A stretch of DNA of 64,000 bases from Nitrospiria bacterium (GTDB taxonomy: Bacteria; Nitrospirota; Nitrospiria; SBBL01; JAADHI01), in assembly GCA_945787655.1 (NCBI GenBank), contig CALZIJ010000008.1, forward strand, positions 26,644 to 90,643, read 5' to 3'. Below, piece by piece: positions 17,270 through 27,426 of this stretch; position 1 is the stretch's first letter, and each line of letters starts with the position of its first letter. Under the pieces are notes generated by a model. That model was not told the DNA's origin and did not search any database. It saw nothing but the letters and a program-made list of their open reading frames with translations. The position numbers were made by a program, and so were the translations under genes.

Positions 17270-18253
17270 TTACTGAACGTTTGATAATGTCCAGGGTTCT
17301 TCCTGGTTTTCTTTTTTATAAATCCCCCGCATGGTCCCGGCAAACAGGGTATTGTTTTTCAATGGGTGGGAAGCAACGGTCAATACAGACTTGGGGGATT
17401 GGGAAAGCAACTGCCAGGATTCACCCCCGTCTTTCGATTCATAAACCCCATCATTATTGCCAACGTAAACAATATTGGGGTCTTTTTTATCCACAGAAAT
17501 GGACGAAACAAACTTGGTGGAAAGCCCGTTGTTGCGTTCCTCCCAGTGCGCACCCAGGTCTGTTGATTTAAAGACGCCTTTATTCGTCCCGGCATAAATC
17601 ACCTTGGGGTTAACCGGGTCAAACTGAACGTTGTTCACCGCCCATTCTTTTGTTTCCCGCGATGTGATCCGCCATTGTCTTGCAGAGTTCGTTGTGATAT
17701 ACACCCCTTCGTTTGTCCCTGCCAAAATCACGGATCGGCTTTGCGGATTAAAAGCAAGTGAAATCACGAAACGATTTGCCATGCCCATATTGGCATCCCG
17801 CCACTGACTCCCGCCGTCCGTTGTCAAATAAATCCCGTGGTTCGTACCCACATACACCCGTTTGGATTCTACCGGATCGACGATCACCGCATTCACGGCC
17901 TGTGTTCCGACATTATCATCAAGCCCACGATTCGCAATGTTCCAATGCCCGCCACTGTCAATACTTCGATAAACACTGTCCCCATACGTCCCTGTATATA
18001 TAACAGAGGAAAGAGATGGGGTCACCGCAATCGAGACGATGTTGTAGGAGGTTAAGCCCTCGTTGGTTTTATTAAAGGTATTTCCACCATCCATACTTTT
18101 ATAAAAGCCTCCACCAGAGGTTCCGATATATACAATCTCTGGTTTATGATAACTAAAACCGATCGAGAAAACATTGACCCGTTGTTCACAGCCTGCCAGA
18201 AGGGTTAAAACTAGCGAAATAATTAATTTAAAAACAGGGTAAGGCCGCACCAT
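17270..18253 (-). CDS. BNR/sortilin-type beta-propeller lipoprotein
   Basis: The track ORF extends to 18307. The internal Met gives MVRPYPVFKLIISLVLTLLAGC (lipobox). Repeated S.DGG..W BNR motifs include DGGNTF, SGGHW, DGGSQW, LGAHW and DGGESW. Confidence 0.7.
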   Translation of the reverse strand: MVRPYPVFKLIISLVLTLLAGCEQRVNVFSIGFSYHKPEIVYIGTSGGGFYKSMDGGNTFNKTNEGLTSYNIVSIAVTPSLSSVIYTGTYGDSVYRSIDSGGHWNIANRGLDDNVGTQAVNAVIVDPVESKRVYVGTNHGIYLTTDGGSQWRDANMGMANRFVISLAFNPQSRSVILAGTNEGVYITTNSARQWRITSRETKEWAVNNVQFDPVNPKVIYAGTNKGVFKSTDLGAHWEERNNGLSTKFVSSISVDKKDPNIVYVGNNDGVYESKDGGESWQLLSQSPKSVLTVASHPLKNNTLFAGTMRGIYKKENQEEPWTLSNVQ

Positions 18254-18530
18254 ATTTAGTCCTGAAAATACCCTAGGCATCGTATCATATCTTGTTAAGA
18301 TAGACAATCAATGGGCATCATCCACCTTATACCTCAGATATTGATCTTTTCCAGCCCCTTGCGGACCTCATTCTCCCGGAGATTCAAAGGCACCACTTGG
18401 TTTTTTGCGGAACGATCTATTTTTATCAAAAGAGTTTCGCAGACCTGTAAAGATAGACCCTGATCAATCGAGGGAACCCGCGCCCTCATCCGACAGGATC
18501 AAAGGGGAAACCGTCATCGACTGTCCTTCA

Positions 18531-18559
18531 TTGACTTCATTTTCCGGGAAAGCTAGAAT
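18531..18559 (+). promoter_or_regulatory. Sigma70-type promoter candidate for the GspE-like gene
   Basis: TTGACT (18531-18536), a 17-nt spacer, then TAGAAT (18554-18559), about 25 nt upstream of the start at 18584. Confidence 0.45.
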
Positions 18560-18583
18560 GCACCATTCATTTGAGAGGGAAGA

Positions 18584-20494
18584 ATGTCTTCTTTTGCCCA
18601 AGCCCAAAAACCGAATCGCCCATTAAAGTTGGGAGAATATTTATCACAGAAAGGCCACCTGAATGAAAAACAAATTCTTTGGGCACTTGAGGAACAAAAA
18701 AAGACCGGAAAACGGCTGGGGGAAATATTAAGCGCTTTAAAATTCATTTCAGATGAACTCATTGCCCAATCCATCGGTGCCATTAATCATGTCAGTTATG
18801 TCACCCCGCACACGCTCACCATAGAGAAAGATCTTTTTCTCATGATTCCCGAATGGCTCGCACGCCGCCACCTCGCTGTACCGGTGAAAATCCATGAAAA
18901 GGAATTTATTGTCGCAATGGCCGACCCGTTTAACTACGAAACCCTGAATGATCTGAGTTTTTATGCGGGCATGGCGATCACGCCCGCCATCTCGACCCAT
19001 AAAAATATTCTTGCAGCCATTGAACAAAATTATCATTTTGATACCTCCTCTGTTGAAAAAATTGTTCAGGCTTCCGAAAAAGATTTCGCGAAGGGCGCTT
19101 TGCAAGTGATTCCGGATCTTGCGGAAAACAATCGTCTTCATACAGACACCCGAACCCTGGAGAAAAAAAGTCAGTTGGGTCCGGTCGTGCAACTCACCAA
19201 TGTCATCATCGGAAAAGCCATTAAAATGCACGCCAGTGATATCCACATTGAACCGGCCCAAAAAGACTTTCGGGTCAGATACCGTATTGACGGCTTGCTC
19301 AGGGAAGAAATGCGGCTTCCCAAATGGGTTCAAAACCCGCTTGTCTCCAGGATTAAGATTCTTTCAAAGCTGGATATTTCAGAACGGCGGCTTCCGCAAG
19401 ACGGTGCGGTCCGTGTTATTGCCGAGGGCCGGGCCGTGGACCTTCGAATTTCGACACTCCCCACCGCACATGGTGAAAAAGTTGTCCTCAGAATTTTAGA
19501 TCAATCCAAAGTGTTAATCGATATCAACCAAATCGGTTTTCAAAACAAAGACGCCAAAACCGTGCGTAAAATGATTCAAAAACAAAAAGGCATGATCCTC
19601 GTCACAGGGCCCACCGGAAGTGGAAAAACCACCACCTTGTATGCCCTCATCCAGGAACTTAAGTCGGTGACCAATAACGTTACAACTGTTGAAGATCCAA
19701 TAGAGTACACCATTGAAGGCATTAATCAGATTCAGATTAATAATGAAGTCGGCTTAACGTTTTCACAATGCCTTCGTTCTATCCTTCGACAGGACCCCAA
19801 TATTATTTTTGTGGGGGAGATTCGAGACAAAGAAACCGCTGAAATTGCTTTTCGTGCCGCGATGACCGGGCATCTTGTTCTTTCCACTTTACACACGAAT
19901 GACGCCTCATCCACAATTACACGACTGGTGGATATCGGCGTTCCTCCTTATTTAATCTCTTCCTCTCTTATTGGCATTGTTGCGCAACGTCTGGTTCGAA
20001 AACCTTGTCCCCGATGCCTTGAACTGCGCGACTCCCCGCACAATATCCAGAGTGAGCCTTTAATGGGATGCGCCTTGTGTCATCATACCGGTTTCAATGG
20101 ACGTATTGGCGTTTTTGAGGTCATGCCTGTTTCCCAGAAAATCCGGGAACTGATCACCTCTGGCGCCACCGAGCAAGAAATCCGCCGGGTTAGTCATTCC
20201 GAAGGCATGACTTCCATGAAAGAAGATGGCTTGCTCAAAGCAAAATCCGGAATCACAACCCAGGAAGAGGTCACCCGGGTGGTTGAAAAAGATGACGCGG
20301 TAAAAAGTCTCTGCGCAACCTGTGAACGACCTCTCCGGGTTGATTTTTTAATCTGTCCATATTGTGCTGACACCGCCCCAAATATCTGCGGACGATGCGG
20401 AAAACGACTTCAAACGGAATGGCGCGCCTGCCCCTATTGCCGGCATCCATCCTCCCCTAAAACCCAGAAACCCTCCAAGGATTCTGAGCAATAG
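18584..20494 (+). CDS. GspE/PilB-family secretion ATPase with MshEN-like N-terminus and C-terminal double zinc ribbon
   Basis: GPTGSGKTT Walker A, the Asp box/Walker B region (IIFVGEIRD) and a His box (TGHLVLSTLHTND). An internal tetra-Cys motif is present (CPRC...CALC). The N-terminal KLGEYLSQKGHLNEKQILWALEEQ fits the MshEN pattern. An extra tail reads CATC..x9..CPYC..x6..CGRC..x9..CPYC. Confidence 0.85.
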   Translation: MSSFAQAQKPNRPLKLGEYLSQKGHLNEKQILWALEEQKKTGKRLGEILSALKFISDELIAQSIGAINHVSYVTPHTLTIEKDLFLMIPEWLARRHLAVPVKIHEKEFIVAMADPFNYETLNDLSFYAGMAITPAISTHKNILAAIEQNYHFDTSSVEKIVQASEKDFAKGALQVIPDLAENNRLHTDTRTLEKKSQLGPVVQLTNVIIGKAIKMHASDIHIEPAQKDFRVRYRIDGLLREEMRLPKWVQNPLVSRIKILSKLDISERRLPQDGAVRVIAEGRAVDLRISTLPTAHGEKVVLRILDQSKVLIDINQIGFQNKDAKTVRKMIQKQKGMILVTGPTGSGKTTTLYALIQELKSVTNNVTTVEDPIEYTIEGINQIQINNEVGLTFSQCLRSILRQDPNIIFVGEIRDKETAEIAFRAAMTGHLVLSTLHTNDASSTITRLVDIGVPPYLISSSLIGIVAQRLVRKPCPRCLELRDSPHNIQSEPLMGCALCHHTGFNGRIGVFEVMPVSQKIRELITSGATEQEIRRVSHSEGMTSMKEDGLLKAKSGITTQEEVTRVVEKDDAVKSLCATCERPLRVDFLICPYCADTAPNICGRCGKRLQTEWRACPYCRHPSSPKTQKPSKDSEQ

Positions 20495-20510
20495 ATTGGA
20501 AAACAAAACA

Positions 20511-20912
20511 ATGTATACTGTGACACGGGAAATTATGTTCTGTTATGGCCACCGGCTCTTAAACTACCCCGGGAAGTGTCGTCACCTGCACGGGCATAAC
20601 GGCCGAGCGGAGGTCGAGATTCATGCTGAAAAACTGGATGCATTGAGCATGGTCATGGATTTCGAAGAAATAAAATGTATCGTGGAAAGCTGGATTAATG
20701 ACCACATCGATCACAAAATGATTTTATGCAAGGATGATCCGATTATTCCTTCCTTAAAAGCATTAAACGAAAGTATTTTTGTGATTGAAGAAAATCCGAC
20801 TGCTGAGATTATCGCCAAAATGATTTTTGAATACGCCCGCTCCCAAAATTTGCCTGTTTCATCTGTGAGGCTTTGGGAAAACGAACGCTCCTGCGCAAGC
20901 TATCGGGAATAG
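20511..20912 (+). CDS. queD: 6-carboxy-5,6,7,8-tetrahydropterin synthase (QueD / PTPS family)
   Basis: MYTVTREIMFCYGHRL...GKCRHLHGHN is typical of QueD. The track ORF (20364) starts inside the upstream gene, and I chose the ATG at 20511. Confidence 0.85.
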   Translation: MYTVTREIMFCYGHRLLNYPGKCRHLHGHNGRAEVEIHAEKLDALSMVMDFEEIKCIVESWINDHIDHKMILCKDDPIIPSLKALNESIFVIEENPTAEIIAKMIFEYARSQNLPVSSVRLWENERSCASYRE

Positions 20913-20961
20913 TGCTTATGCTCAATGAGAATAGTAAAGACTGGTATTCGTCCACTTGTTT

Positions 20962-21795
20962 TTAAAAGAAGGAAAGAAGCTGAACAAGGGTTTCACGCAT
21001 GGCCTTTCTTTCCACGACCATATCAATCATCCCGTGTTCTAATAAAAATTCAGCCCGTTGAAAGCCTTTCGGCAGTTGCGCCTTGATTGTTTGTTGGATG
21101 ACACGTGGACCCGCAAATCCGATTAATGACTTGGGTTCAGCAATAATGATATCGCCGAGCATGGCAAAACTTGCCGTCACGCCGCCAAATGTCGGGTCCG
21201 TTAAAATAGAAATAAACAGTAATTTTTCCTCTTGGAGTCGGGCGACAGCAGCCGATGTTTTGGCCATCTGCATTAAGGAAAGTACCCCTTCTTGCATTCT
21301 CGCGCCGCCGGACGCAGAAAAAAGTATAAACGGAACCTTCTCTTCTTTTGCCCGCTCAAGCCCCCGTGTTAACTTCTCTCCGACAACAGAGCCCATGCTG
21401 CCCGCCATAAAACTGAAGTTTAATATGGCCAGAGCAACGGGTTGGCAGTTAATTTTAGCCCCGCCGATGACCAGTGCATCAGGATAGCCTGTTTTTTCTC
21501 TGTTTTTATTTAACCGGTCTTGATACCGCATCGTGTCTTTAAATTTTAATGGATCTTGCGGGGCCAAACCTGCATCCCACTCATGAAACGTGCCCTCATC
21601 TGTAATCATCCCTATGCGTTCATTGACAGAAATAGGAAAATGATAATCGCATTTTGGGCAGACCTTGTCTGAACGGACCAGCTCTTTTCTGTAAATAATG
21701 CCGCGGCAATTATTGCATTTGACCCAAAGTCCTTCCGGAAATTTAACTTTCCGAGGGTCTGTTAAAAGATGTCTTTCTTTTTTAAACCAAGGCAA
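20962..21795 (-). CDS. accD: Acetyl-CoA carboxylase carboxyltransferase beta subunit
   Basis: N-terminal zinc ribbon CNNC...CPKC, followed by a carboxyltransferase domain (GGSMG-like MAGSMGSVVGEK, SGGARMQEG). Confidence 0.92.
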   Translation of the reverse strand: MPWFKKERHLLTDPRKVKFPEGLWVKCNNCRGIIYRKELVRSDKVCPKCDYHFPISVNERIGMITDEGTFHEWDAGLAPQDPLKFKDTMRYQDRLNKNREKTGYPDALVIGGAKINCQPVALAILNFSFMAGSMGSVVGEKLTRGLERAKEEKVPFILFSASGGARMQEGVLSLMQMAKTSAAVARLQEEKLLFISILTDPTFGGVTASFAMLGDIIIAEPKSLIGFAGPRVIQQTIKAQLPKGFQRAEFLLEHGMIDMVVERKAMRETLVQLLSFF

Positions 21796-21847
21796 TGAAT
21801 TTCTCCATTTAAATGTGAGGTCTTACTTGCTTCTGATTTTGTCTATT

Positions 21848-23257
21848 TTAATAACGATAATGCTCAGGTTTATACGGTCCATCTTTAGATACACCGATAT
21901 ATTTTGCTTGCTCAGGCGTTAACCGTGTCAATTTTGCGCCGACGTGTTCCAAATGCAGCCTGGCCACTTCTTCGTCCAGCTCTTTTGGCAATCGGTATAC
22001 ATCTGTTTTATAGTCATTTTTCCATAATTCGATTTGCGCCAGTGTTTGGTTTGTAAAGGAATTGCTCATGACAAAAGAAGGGTGGCCGGTCGCACATCCC
22101 AAGTTTACAAGTCTTCCTTCCGCAAGCAAAATAATCGAGTGACCATCGGGGAAAATATATTCTTCGACTTGGTCCTTTATTTTTTCTTTCTTAATCCCCG
22201 GTATTTTATTCAATTGAGAAACCTGTATTTCATTATCAAAATGGCCAATATTGCAAACAATTGCCTTGTCATTCATCTGCAGCATATGCTCTGCGGTAAT
22301 TACATCAAAATTTCCCGTTGTCGTAATATAAATATTTCCCTCTGGCAAGGCATCTTCCATAGTCATTACTTTAAACCCTTCCATTGAAGCCTGAAGGGCA
22401 CAAATCGGGTCGATTTCTGTAATAATCACACGGGCACCATAAGTTCTCATAGAGTGGGCACATCCTTTTCCCACATCTCCATAGCCTGCCACCACAACGA
22501 CTTTTCCCGCGATCATGATATCTGTTGCCCGTTTAATCCCGTCTGCAAGTGATTCCCGGCAACCGTATAAATTATCGAATTTTGATTTGGTTACAGAATC
22601 ATTGACGTTAAAAGCCGGGAAGAGTAATTTTCCTTCTTCCATCATGTGATAAAGCCGATGTACCCCGGTAGTTGTTTCCTCAGAAACACCTTTTATCGCT
22701 TCAGCAATGTGATGCCACCGATTCTGATCTTCCTTATAAGATTGCTTTAAACAACGATATAACTCTATTTCATCCTCTGTTCCATTTTCTTTATCCAAAA
22801 TGGAAGGGTCTTTTTCGGCCTCACGCCCCACATGGATCATCATCGTTGCATCACCGCCGTCATCGACAATTAATTGTGGTCCCTTTCCTTCGGGAAAGAG
22901 CAATGCCTGCTTTGTGCACCACCAGTATTCCTCTAATGTTTCCCCTTTCCATGCAAAAACGGGAATACCCAAATCTGCGATTGCGGCTGCGGCATGATCT
23001 TGCGTCGAAAATATGTTACAACTCGCCCAACGAACTGTGGCACCCAGGGCCACCAAAGTTTTTATTAATACCGCTGTCTGAATCGTCATATGTAACGATC
23101 CGGTAATACGAGCGCCTGCGAGCGGTTTTTCTTCGGCATATTTTTTCTGTAAAGACATTAATCCGGGCATTTCGGCTTCCGCCAATGCAATTTCCTTATG
23201 CCCCCATTCCGCGAGTGAAATGTCTTTTACTTTGAAATCTTTTTCAGCTATTGCCAT
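21848..23257 (-). CDS. ahcY: Adenosylhomocysteinase
   Basis: A 469-aa ORF with the NAD-binding motif [10 protein letters not shown] and a highly conserved SAHH sequence throughout. Confidence 0.95.
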   Translation of the reverse strand: MAIAEKDFKVKDISLAEWGHKEIALAEAEMPGLMSLQKKYAEEKPLAGARITGSLHMTIQTAVLIKTLVALGATVRWASCNIFSTQDHAAAAIADLGIPVFAWKGETLEEYWWCTKQALLFPEGKGPQLIVDDGGDATMMIHVGREAEKDPSILDKENGTEDEIELYRCLKQSYKEDQNRWHHIAEAIKGVSEETTTGVHRLYHMMEEGKLLFPAFNVNDSVTKSKFDNLYGCRESLADGIKRATDIMIAGKVVVVAGYGDVGKGCAHSMRTYGARVIITEIDPICALQASMEGFKVMTMEDALPEGNIYITTTGNFDVITAEHMLQMNDKAIVCNIGHFDNEIQVSQLNKIPGIKKEKIKDQVEEYIFPDGHSIILLAEGRLVNLGCATGHPSFVMSNSFTNQTLAQIELWKNDYKTDVYRLPKELDEEVARLHLEHVGAKLTRLTPEQAKYIGVSKDGPYKPEHYRY

Positions 23258-23337
23258 AATTGGATTTTTTCTCCTTAAAATATCATGATTTGTCAGAACA
23301 CATATCCATACAGATTACATGAATTCAAAAGTGCAAT

Positions 23338-24489
23338 TTATAGATTGGCCGCATCCTTTAATTGCTTTGAAATGTCGATATTTTCCCATGTAAAGTCCGG
23401 ATCATTTCTTCCAAAATGTCCATATGCCGCTGTTTTCTTATAAATCGGTCTTTTCAATTTTAAATGATCAATAATGCCTCTTGGAGACATCGGGAAAAAT
23501 TCCCTTACTATTTTGACTAATTTTTCCTGTGAAATTTTACCAGTACCCTGAGTGTCAATTAATATTGATACCGGCTCTACAACACCGATTGCATAAGCCA
23601 ATTGCACTTCGCAACGGTCCGCTATTTCAGCAGCAACAATATTTTTAGCAATATACCTCGCCATATATGATGCCGAACGATCGACTTTGGATGGGTCTTT
23701 TCCAGAAAAAGCCCCGCCTCCATGACTTCCAACACCGCCATAAGTATCGACAATAATTTTTCTACCGGTCAATCCAGCATCGCCTTGAGGGCCTCCGATG
23801 ACAAACCGGCCGGTTGGGTTGATATGATAAATGATATTCTCATCATCAATCATTTCCGGTGGAATAACGGGCTTAATGACTTGATTAATAATATCACTTC
23901 TTAAGTTTTCCAATAATATATCCGGGCTGTGTTGAGTTGAAACCACAATCGTGGATACCCTAACCGGCTTTCCATTTCTGTATTCAATTGTCACCTGAGA
24001 TTTACCATCCGGTCTTAGATAAGGCAGAGTCCCATCTTTTCTTACCTTTGAAAGTTGTTTTGTAATTTTATGCGCGTACATCACGGGCATAGGCATCAAT
24101 TCAGGGGTCTCATTGGTTGCATAACCGAACATCAATCCCTGGTCACCCGCGCCACCTGGGTCTACCCCCATGGCAATATCTGGGGACTGATTATGAATCG
24201 AAGTGATCACACCACAGGTCTCATAGTCAAACCCGTATTTTGCTCGTGTGTATCCTATATTTTTAATGGTTTCCCTGACAATTTCCGGTATTTCTACATA
24301 AACAGAAGTTGTAATTTCTCCTGAAACAAAAGCGATGCCTGTTGTGACCATCGCTTCACAGGCAACACGACATTCAGGATCATCTTTTATAATTTCATCC
24401 AATACGGCGTCTGATATTTGGTCTGCAATTTTGTCTGGATGACCTTCTGTAACTGACTCAGATGTGAATAAAAAATTTTCACGATTCAT
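23338..24489 (-). CDS. metK: S-adenosylmethionine synthetase
   Basis: [13 protein letters not shown] and GGGAFSGKD motifs. The start was moved to the ATG at 24489, which is preceded by GGGAGG. Confidence 0.95.
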   Translation of the reverse strand: MNRENFLFTSESVTEGHPDKIADQISDAVLDEIIKDDPECRVACEAMVTTGIAFVSGEITTSVYVEIPEIVRETIKNIGYTRAKYGFDYETCGVITSIHNQSPDIAMGVDPGGAGDQGLMFGYATNETPELMPMPVMYAHKITKQLSKVRKDGTLPYLRPDGKSQVTIEYRNGKPVRVSTIVVSTQHSPDILLENLRSDIINQVIKPVIPPEMIDDENIIYHINPTGRFVIGGPQGDAGLTGRKIIVDTYGGVGSHGGGAFSGKDPSKVDRSASYMARYIAKNIVAAEIADRCEVQLAYAIGVVEPVSILIDTQGTGKISQEKLVKIVREFFPMSPRGIIDHLKLKRPIYKKTAAYGHFGRNDPDFTWENIDISKQLKDAANL

Positions 24490-24592
24490 TACAACCTCCC
24501 AATACAACCGAATACGACATTGCTATTCTCTGGTGAAAATAGTCTCAATCATTATACCTTTTTATTTTCATAAATACATTTAAAGGCTATAT

Positions 24593-24640
24593 TTTTTAAA
24601 ATAAAAAGGGGCGGTCACCTCAAAAAAGGCAACCACCCCT
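24593..24640 (-). terminator. Intrinsic terminator ending the cytochrome / bd-like operon
   Basis: On the minus strand, AGGGGUGGU ... ACCGCCCCU forms a 9-bp stem with one G-U pair, followed by UUUUUAUUUU. It lies about 30 nt downstream of the stop at 24669. Confidence 0.6.
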
Positions 24641-24668
24641 CATGTTTTTTAGTGACTCTGTATTAAAT

Positions 24669-25025
24669 TTAGCCTTCTTCTCCTTCTCCTTCATTGTCTT
24701 TTTTGTACTTAATTGCGGCAGCACGTGCCCAAGACAATAAACCAATCAGAACAAAGAAAACGATCGGCGGAACGATATATACAGTCGCTGGAATCGGGGG
24801 CTCCATCATTAAATAGTAGAATGTGGAAAGGGCCATACGACCATCCACTTCACCAGCATCCCCATCCCATGCAAAAAATGTCATTGGTATGTTTTTACCA
24901 TTAACAAGTTGAGCGGACTTTTCTTTATCCTCTGTTAACAAAGCCCGTTTCATAATCACTTGCCAACGACCATTTTCCCATTTTGCATAGGTGACTTTGA
25001 CATTTTTATCATCGCGAACCTGCAA
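24669..25025 (-). CDS. C-terminal half of an EB_dh-like (ethylbenzene dehydrogenase gamma / NxrC-like) heme domain plus TM anchor; probably the frameshifted continuation of the upstream ORF
   Basis: TTG start in the track. YAKWENGRWQVIMKRAL..D......NIPMTFFAWDGDAGEVDG matches the distal half of the EB_dh fold as I recall it. A C-terminal TM helix follows. This frame is open upstream to 25076. Confidence 0.55.
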   Translation of the reverse strand: MQVRDDKNVKVTYAKWENGRWQVIMKRALLTEDKEKSAQLVNGKNIPMTFFAWDGDAGEVDGRMALSTFYYLMMEPPIPATVYIVPPIVFFVLIGLLSWARAAAIKYKKDNEGEGEEG

Positions 25026-25029
25026 GGCA

Positions 25030-26328
25030 TCAATCCCGTTGCCTTGCCGAATTGTAAACCCCGACAGGTTCCGGGTTTACATTTTTCAATGGCCCTCTTG
25101 CCTTGTCATTTTCATGGGTATACTGCGTTGTATTAATGGCTGGAAATGCTACTGATGACAGCCGTTTGTAGTCATACTTCGCTTCCGCACTTTCATTACG
25201 ATGACTTTCCGTCCGATCATCCCATTGGAAAAGGAGGGCGACTTCCTTGTCATTGTAAAGAGAGCGAACCCGAATATCATCAACAGTACGGATAAAATGT
25301 CTTGGCGGTTGAATAATCTGACTCGCCATTCCTACAAACTGAGGAGGAACAGCAAGCCATTTCTCATCCGTAGGCGTATCCGGAACTGCACCTTCTTCAA
25401 CAAAACGAGATTTAATCACAAACCCGATTGCAGGTTTTCCCGTTTCTGGGTCAAGCGGACGTTTAATATCCGTTAAGGAAATAACGAAATTCGCGACATG
25501 CCATCTTTCCTCTTCAGACAATTCTTCCGCAAAAGACGGCATCGGAGTCCCATTCAAGCCTGTTGAAATTTCACGAAAGATATTTCTAGGATTGTAAGGA
25601 TCTCTTCGGTTTCCTCTTAAATTCCAGGGTTTTTGAAGATTCGCTGGAAAAATCGGAAAAGCCCAGTCATCTCTCTGGGTCAAGTTTCCATCTCCACGAC
25701 CTTCAACACCGTGACATTCTACACATTTTGCTTTATTCATAAAAATGTCACGACCTTGTTCGATGCTTTCAGGTGAAGAAGGAATTTGAGTTCCATAACT
25801 GATTACCGTTATTTCTTCATCAGGATCATCAAATTCCCTGTCTTTGACCAATTCCTTTTTAATAAAGGAGACAACATCCTTACGCTCTTGCTCAGAAAGG
25901 ATTGAACCCCAAGGAGGCATTACGGACCCTGAAAGACCATGCGTTACAGAGTTGAAAAGATCTTCATCTGTGGGCAATTCCCCACTGCCTGTATGCCGGA
26001 TTTTAAACGTTCCCTGGTTAAAATTTCTTGGTTTTGTGATCAGCCGAATTGCAGAAGGACCATCTCCCGCACCATCCGGACCGTGACACCAAACACACTT
26101 CCGAAAATATACCCCTTTACCGGCCTCAATGTTACCGGCGAGTGTACCCGGTTTATAGGTGCCCGGACTTGGTTCTAAAGGTGCTGGTGAAACTTTAAAG
26201 ACCTGTGCATTTCCAGGGACGCTGGATCCAATGATCAAGGCGGCGGCAAAAGCCGTACCCAAACCAAATCCCAGGACTGCCTTTTTCAGGCCGCTAGAAC
26301 CTTTTTTTTGTCCCAATATTTCTATCAT
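25030..26328 (-). CDS. Diheme cytochrome c fused to the N-terminal half of an EB_dh-like domain
   Basis: CVWCH and CVECH heme c motifs. The signal/anchor reads KKAVLGFGLGTAFAAALIIGSSVPGNA. The distal part, ...RTVDDIRVRSLYNDKEVALLFQWDD, is EB_dh-like. The start was set to the ATG at 26328, which follows GAGGGGG. Confidence 0.75.
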   Translation of the reverse strand: MIEILGQKKGSSGLKKAVLGFGLGTAFAAALIIGSSVPGNAQVFKVSPAPLEPSPGTYKPGTLAGNIEAGKGVYFRKCVWCHGPDGAGDGPSAIRLITKPRNFNQGTFKIRHTGSGELPTDEDLFNSVTHGLSGSVMPPWGSILSEQERKDVVSFIKKELVKDREFDDPDEEITVISYGTQIPSSPESIEQGRDIFMNKAKCVECHGVEGRGDGNLTQRDDWAFPIFPANLQKPWNLRGNRRDPYNPRNIFREISTGLNGTPMPSFAEELSEEERWHVANFVISLTDIKRPLDPETGKPAIGFVIKSRFVEEGAVPDTPTDEKWLAVPPQFVGMASQIIQPPRHFIRTVDDIRVRSLYNDKEVALLFQWDDRTESHRNESAEAKYDYKRLSSVAFPAINTTQYTHENDKARGPLKNVNPEPVGVYNSARQRD

Positions 26329-26391
26329 TTTTCCTATTCCCCCTCTTAAATCAAATTCCATCAAAATGGGATGTATATTTCCCAAAAGAGA

Positions 26392-27393
26392 TTATCCCCA
26401 TGTCCTTGGAAAGAATCCTGTGTGCCAGTATTCAAAGATAATCACTTTCCAAATCTCGTTCGTCGTCAAGTGTTTTTCCCAAGGGGGCATAGCTGAGGCC
26501 CAAGGGAAGGCTTCACGAGAAAGATCCGGTCCACCCTTTGCCACACGCCAGAAAACGAATGTCTCCTGTAACTGAGAAATTGTTCCCGGATCGGCAAAGT
26601 TTGCTGGAATCGGGTTAAAAGCAAATGAAAAGGGCCCTTTACCATCAAGGTTATCCCCATGACAATAGAAACATCCTGCCGTTCCGAAGAAGACCACACC
26701 GCCTTCCCGAACTTGCTGCAGGAATTTAGGGACATCTCCCGTCCAGGAATTTCCACCAAAATATTGGCTTTCATCCCCCACCTTCAAGTAGTTGCCATCA
26801 TCTCCGATACGAAACGGATTTTCGGCAGTTTGAAGGGTGACTAATTTTTTATGAACGTTAATACTCGCTGGTGGTGCTGGATGCACAGTTCTTAACTCAA
26901 TCGGCTCCCCAAATTTAGGAAGCATTTGATTGTAGGTTTGAAATGCGATCAAACCGGGAACAATCAAAAAGGTCGCATAACGACTCATCTTCGCTGTTCC
27001 GTGATCCTCTCTTAACATCACCGCAATAGGATGTGAAAACTCTTCCCATGATGAAGCAGTAATAGAACAATACAGGAAAATCGCAACCGTACAAACTCCC
27101 ATGTACATTGCAAGCAATGAAAACGGGATCGGTGGCTGCAATATCACCCTGAAATTAATATAACAGAGCACCCACAGTAACGGGGCCTGTATCAGCTTGG
27201 GTAAAGGGATACCCATTTTGTCCTTTATCAGCCATGCTGAAAAAATGGCGAATATCACCAAGCCCACTTTAATAAAAGAAAATGTTCCGGCACTAAACGG
27301 GCCGCCTCCGCCGCCCGCCCAAGCGAGCACGGGAGCAACCAAGATCAGCACCAAGACTTGAGTCAACAAAGTCTTCTTTTTAAACATACTCAT
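26392..27393 (-). CDS. Polytopic membrane protein with C-terminal monoheme cytochrome c domain
   Basis: About 5 predicted TM helices, then GCFYCHG and ...MPPWEKHLTTNEIWKVIIFEYW (a class I cytochrome c signature). The start was moved to the ATG at 27393, which follows AAGGAGG. Confidence 0.75.
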   Translation of the reverse strand: MSMFKKKTLLTQVLVLILVAPVLAWAGGGGGPFSAGTFSFIKVGLVIFAIFSAWLIKDKMGIPLPKLIQAPLLWVLCYINFRVILQPPIPFSLLAMYMGVCTVAIFLYCSITASSWEEFSHPIAVMLREDHGTAKMSRYATFLIVPGLIAFQTYNQMLPKFGEPIELRTVHPAPPASINVHKKLVTLQTAENPFRIGDDGNYLKVGDESQYFGGNSWTGDVPKFLQQVREGGVVFFGTAGCFYCHGDNLDGKGPFSFAFNPIPANFADPGTISQLQETFVFWRVAKGGPDLSREAFPWASAMPPWEKHLTTNEIWKVIIFEYWHTGFFPRTWG

Positions 27394-27426
27394 AATCAGT
27401 CTGCCTCCTTTTTTCATTTCTGAAAC

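Noticed and set aside
24490-24592. Possible SAM/SAH riboswitch ahead of metK (and ahcY).
   Set aside because: With the TATAAT at 24556-24551, the metK leader is only about 55 nt and holds just a 5-bp hairpin. That is too short for any SAM/SAH riboswitch class I know. The ahcY upstream gap (80 nt) also shows no such structure.
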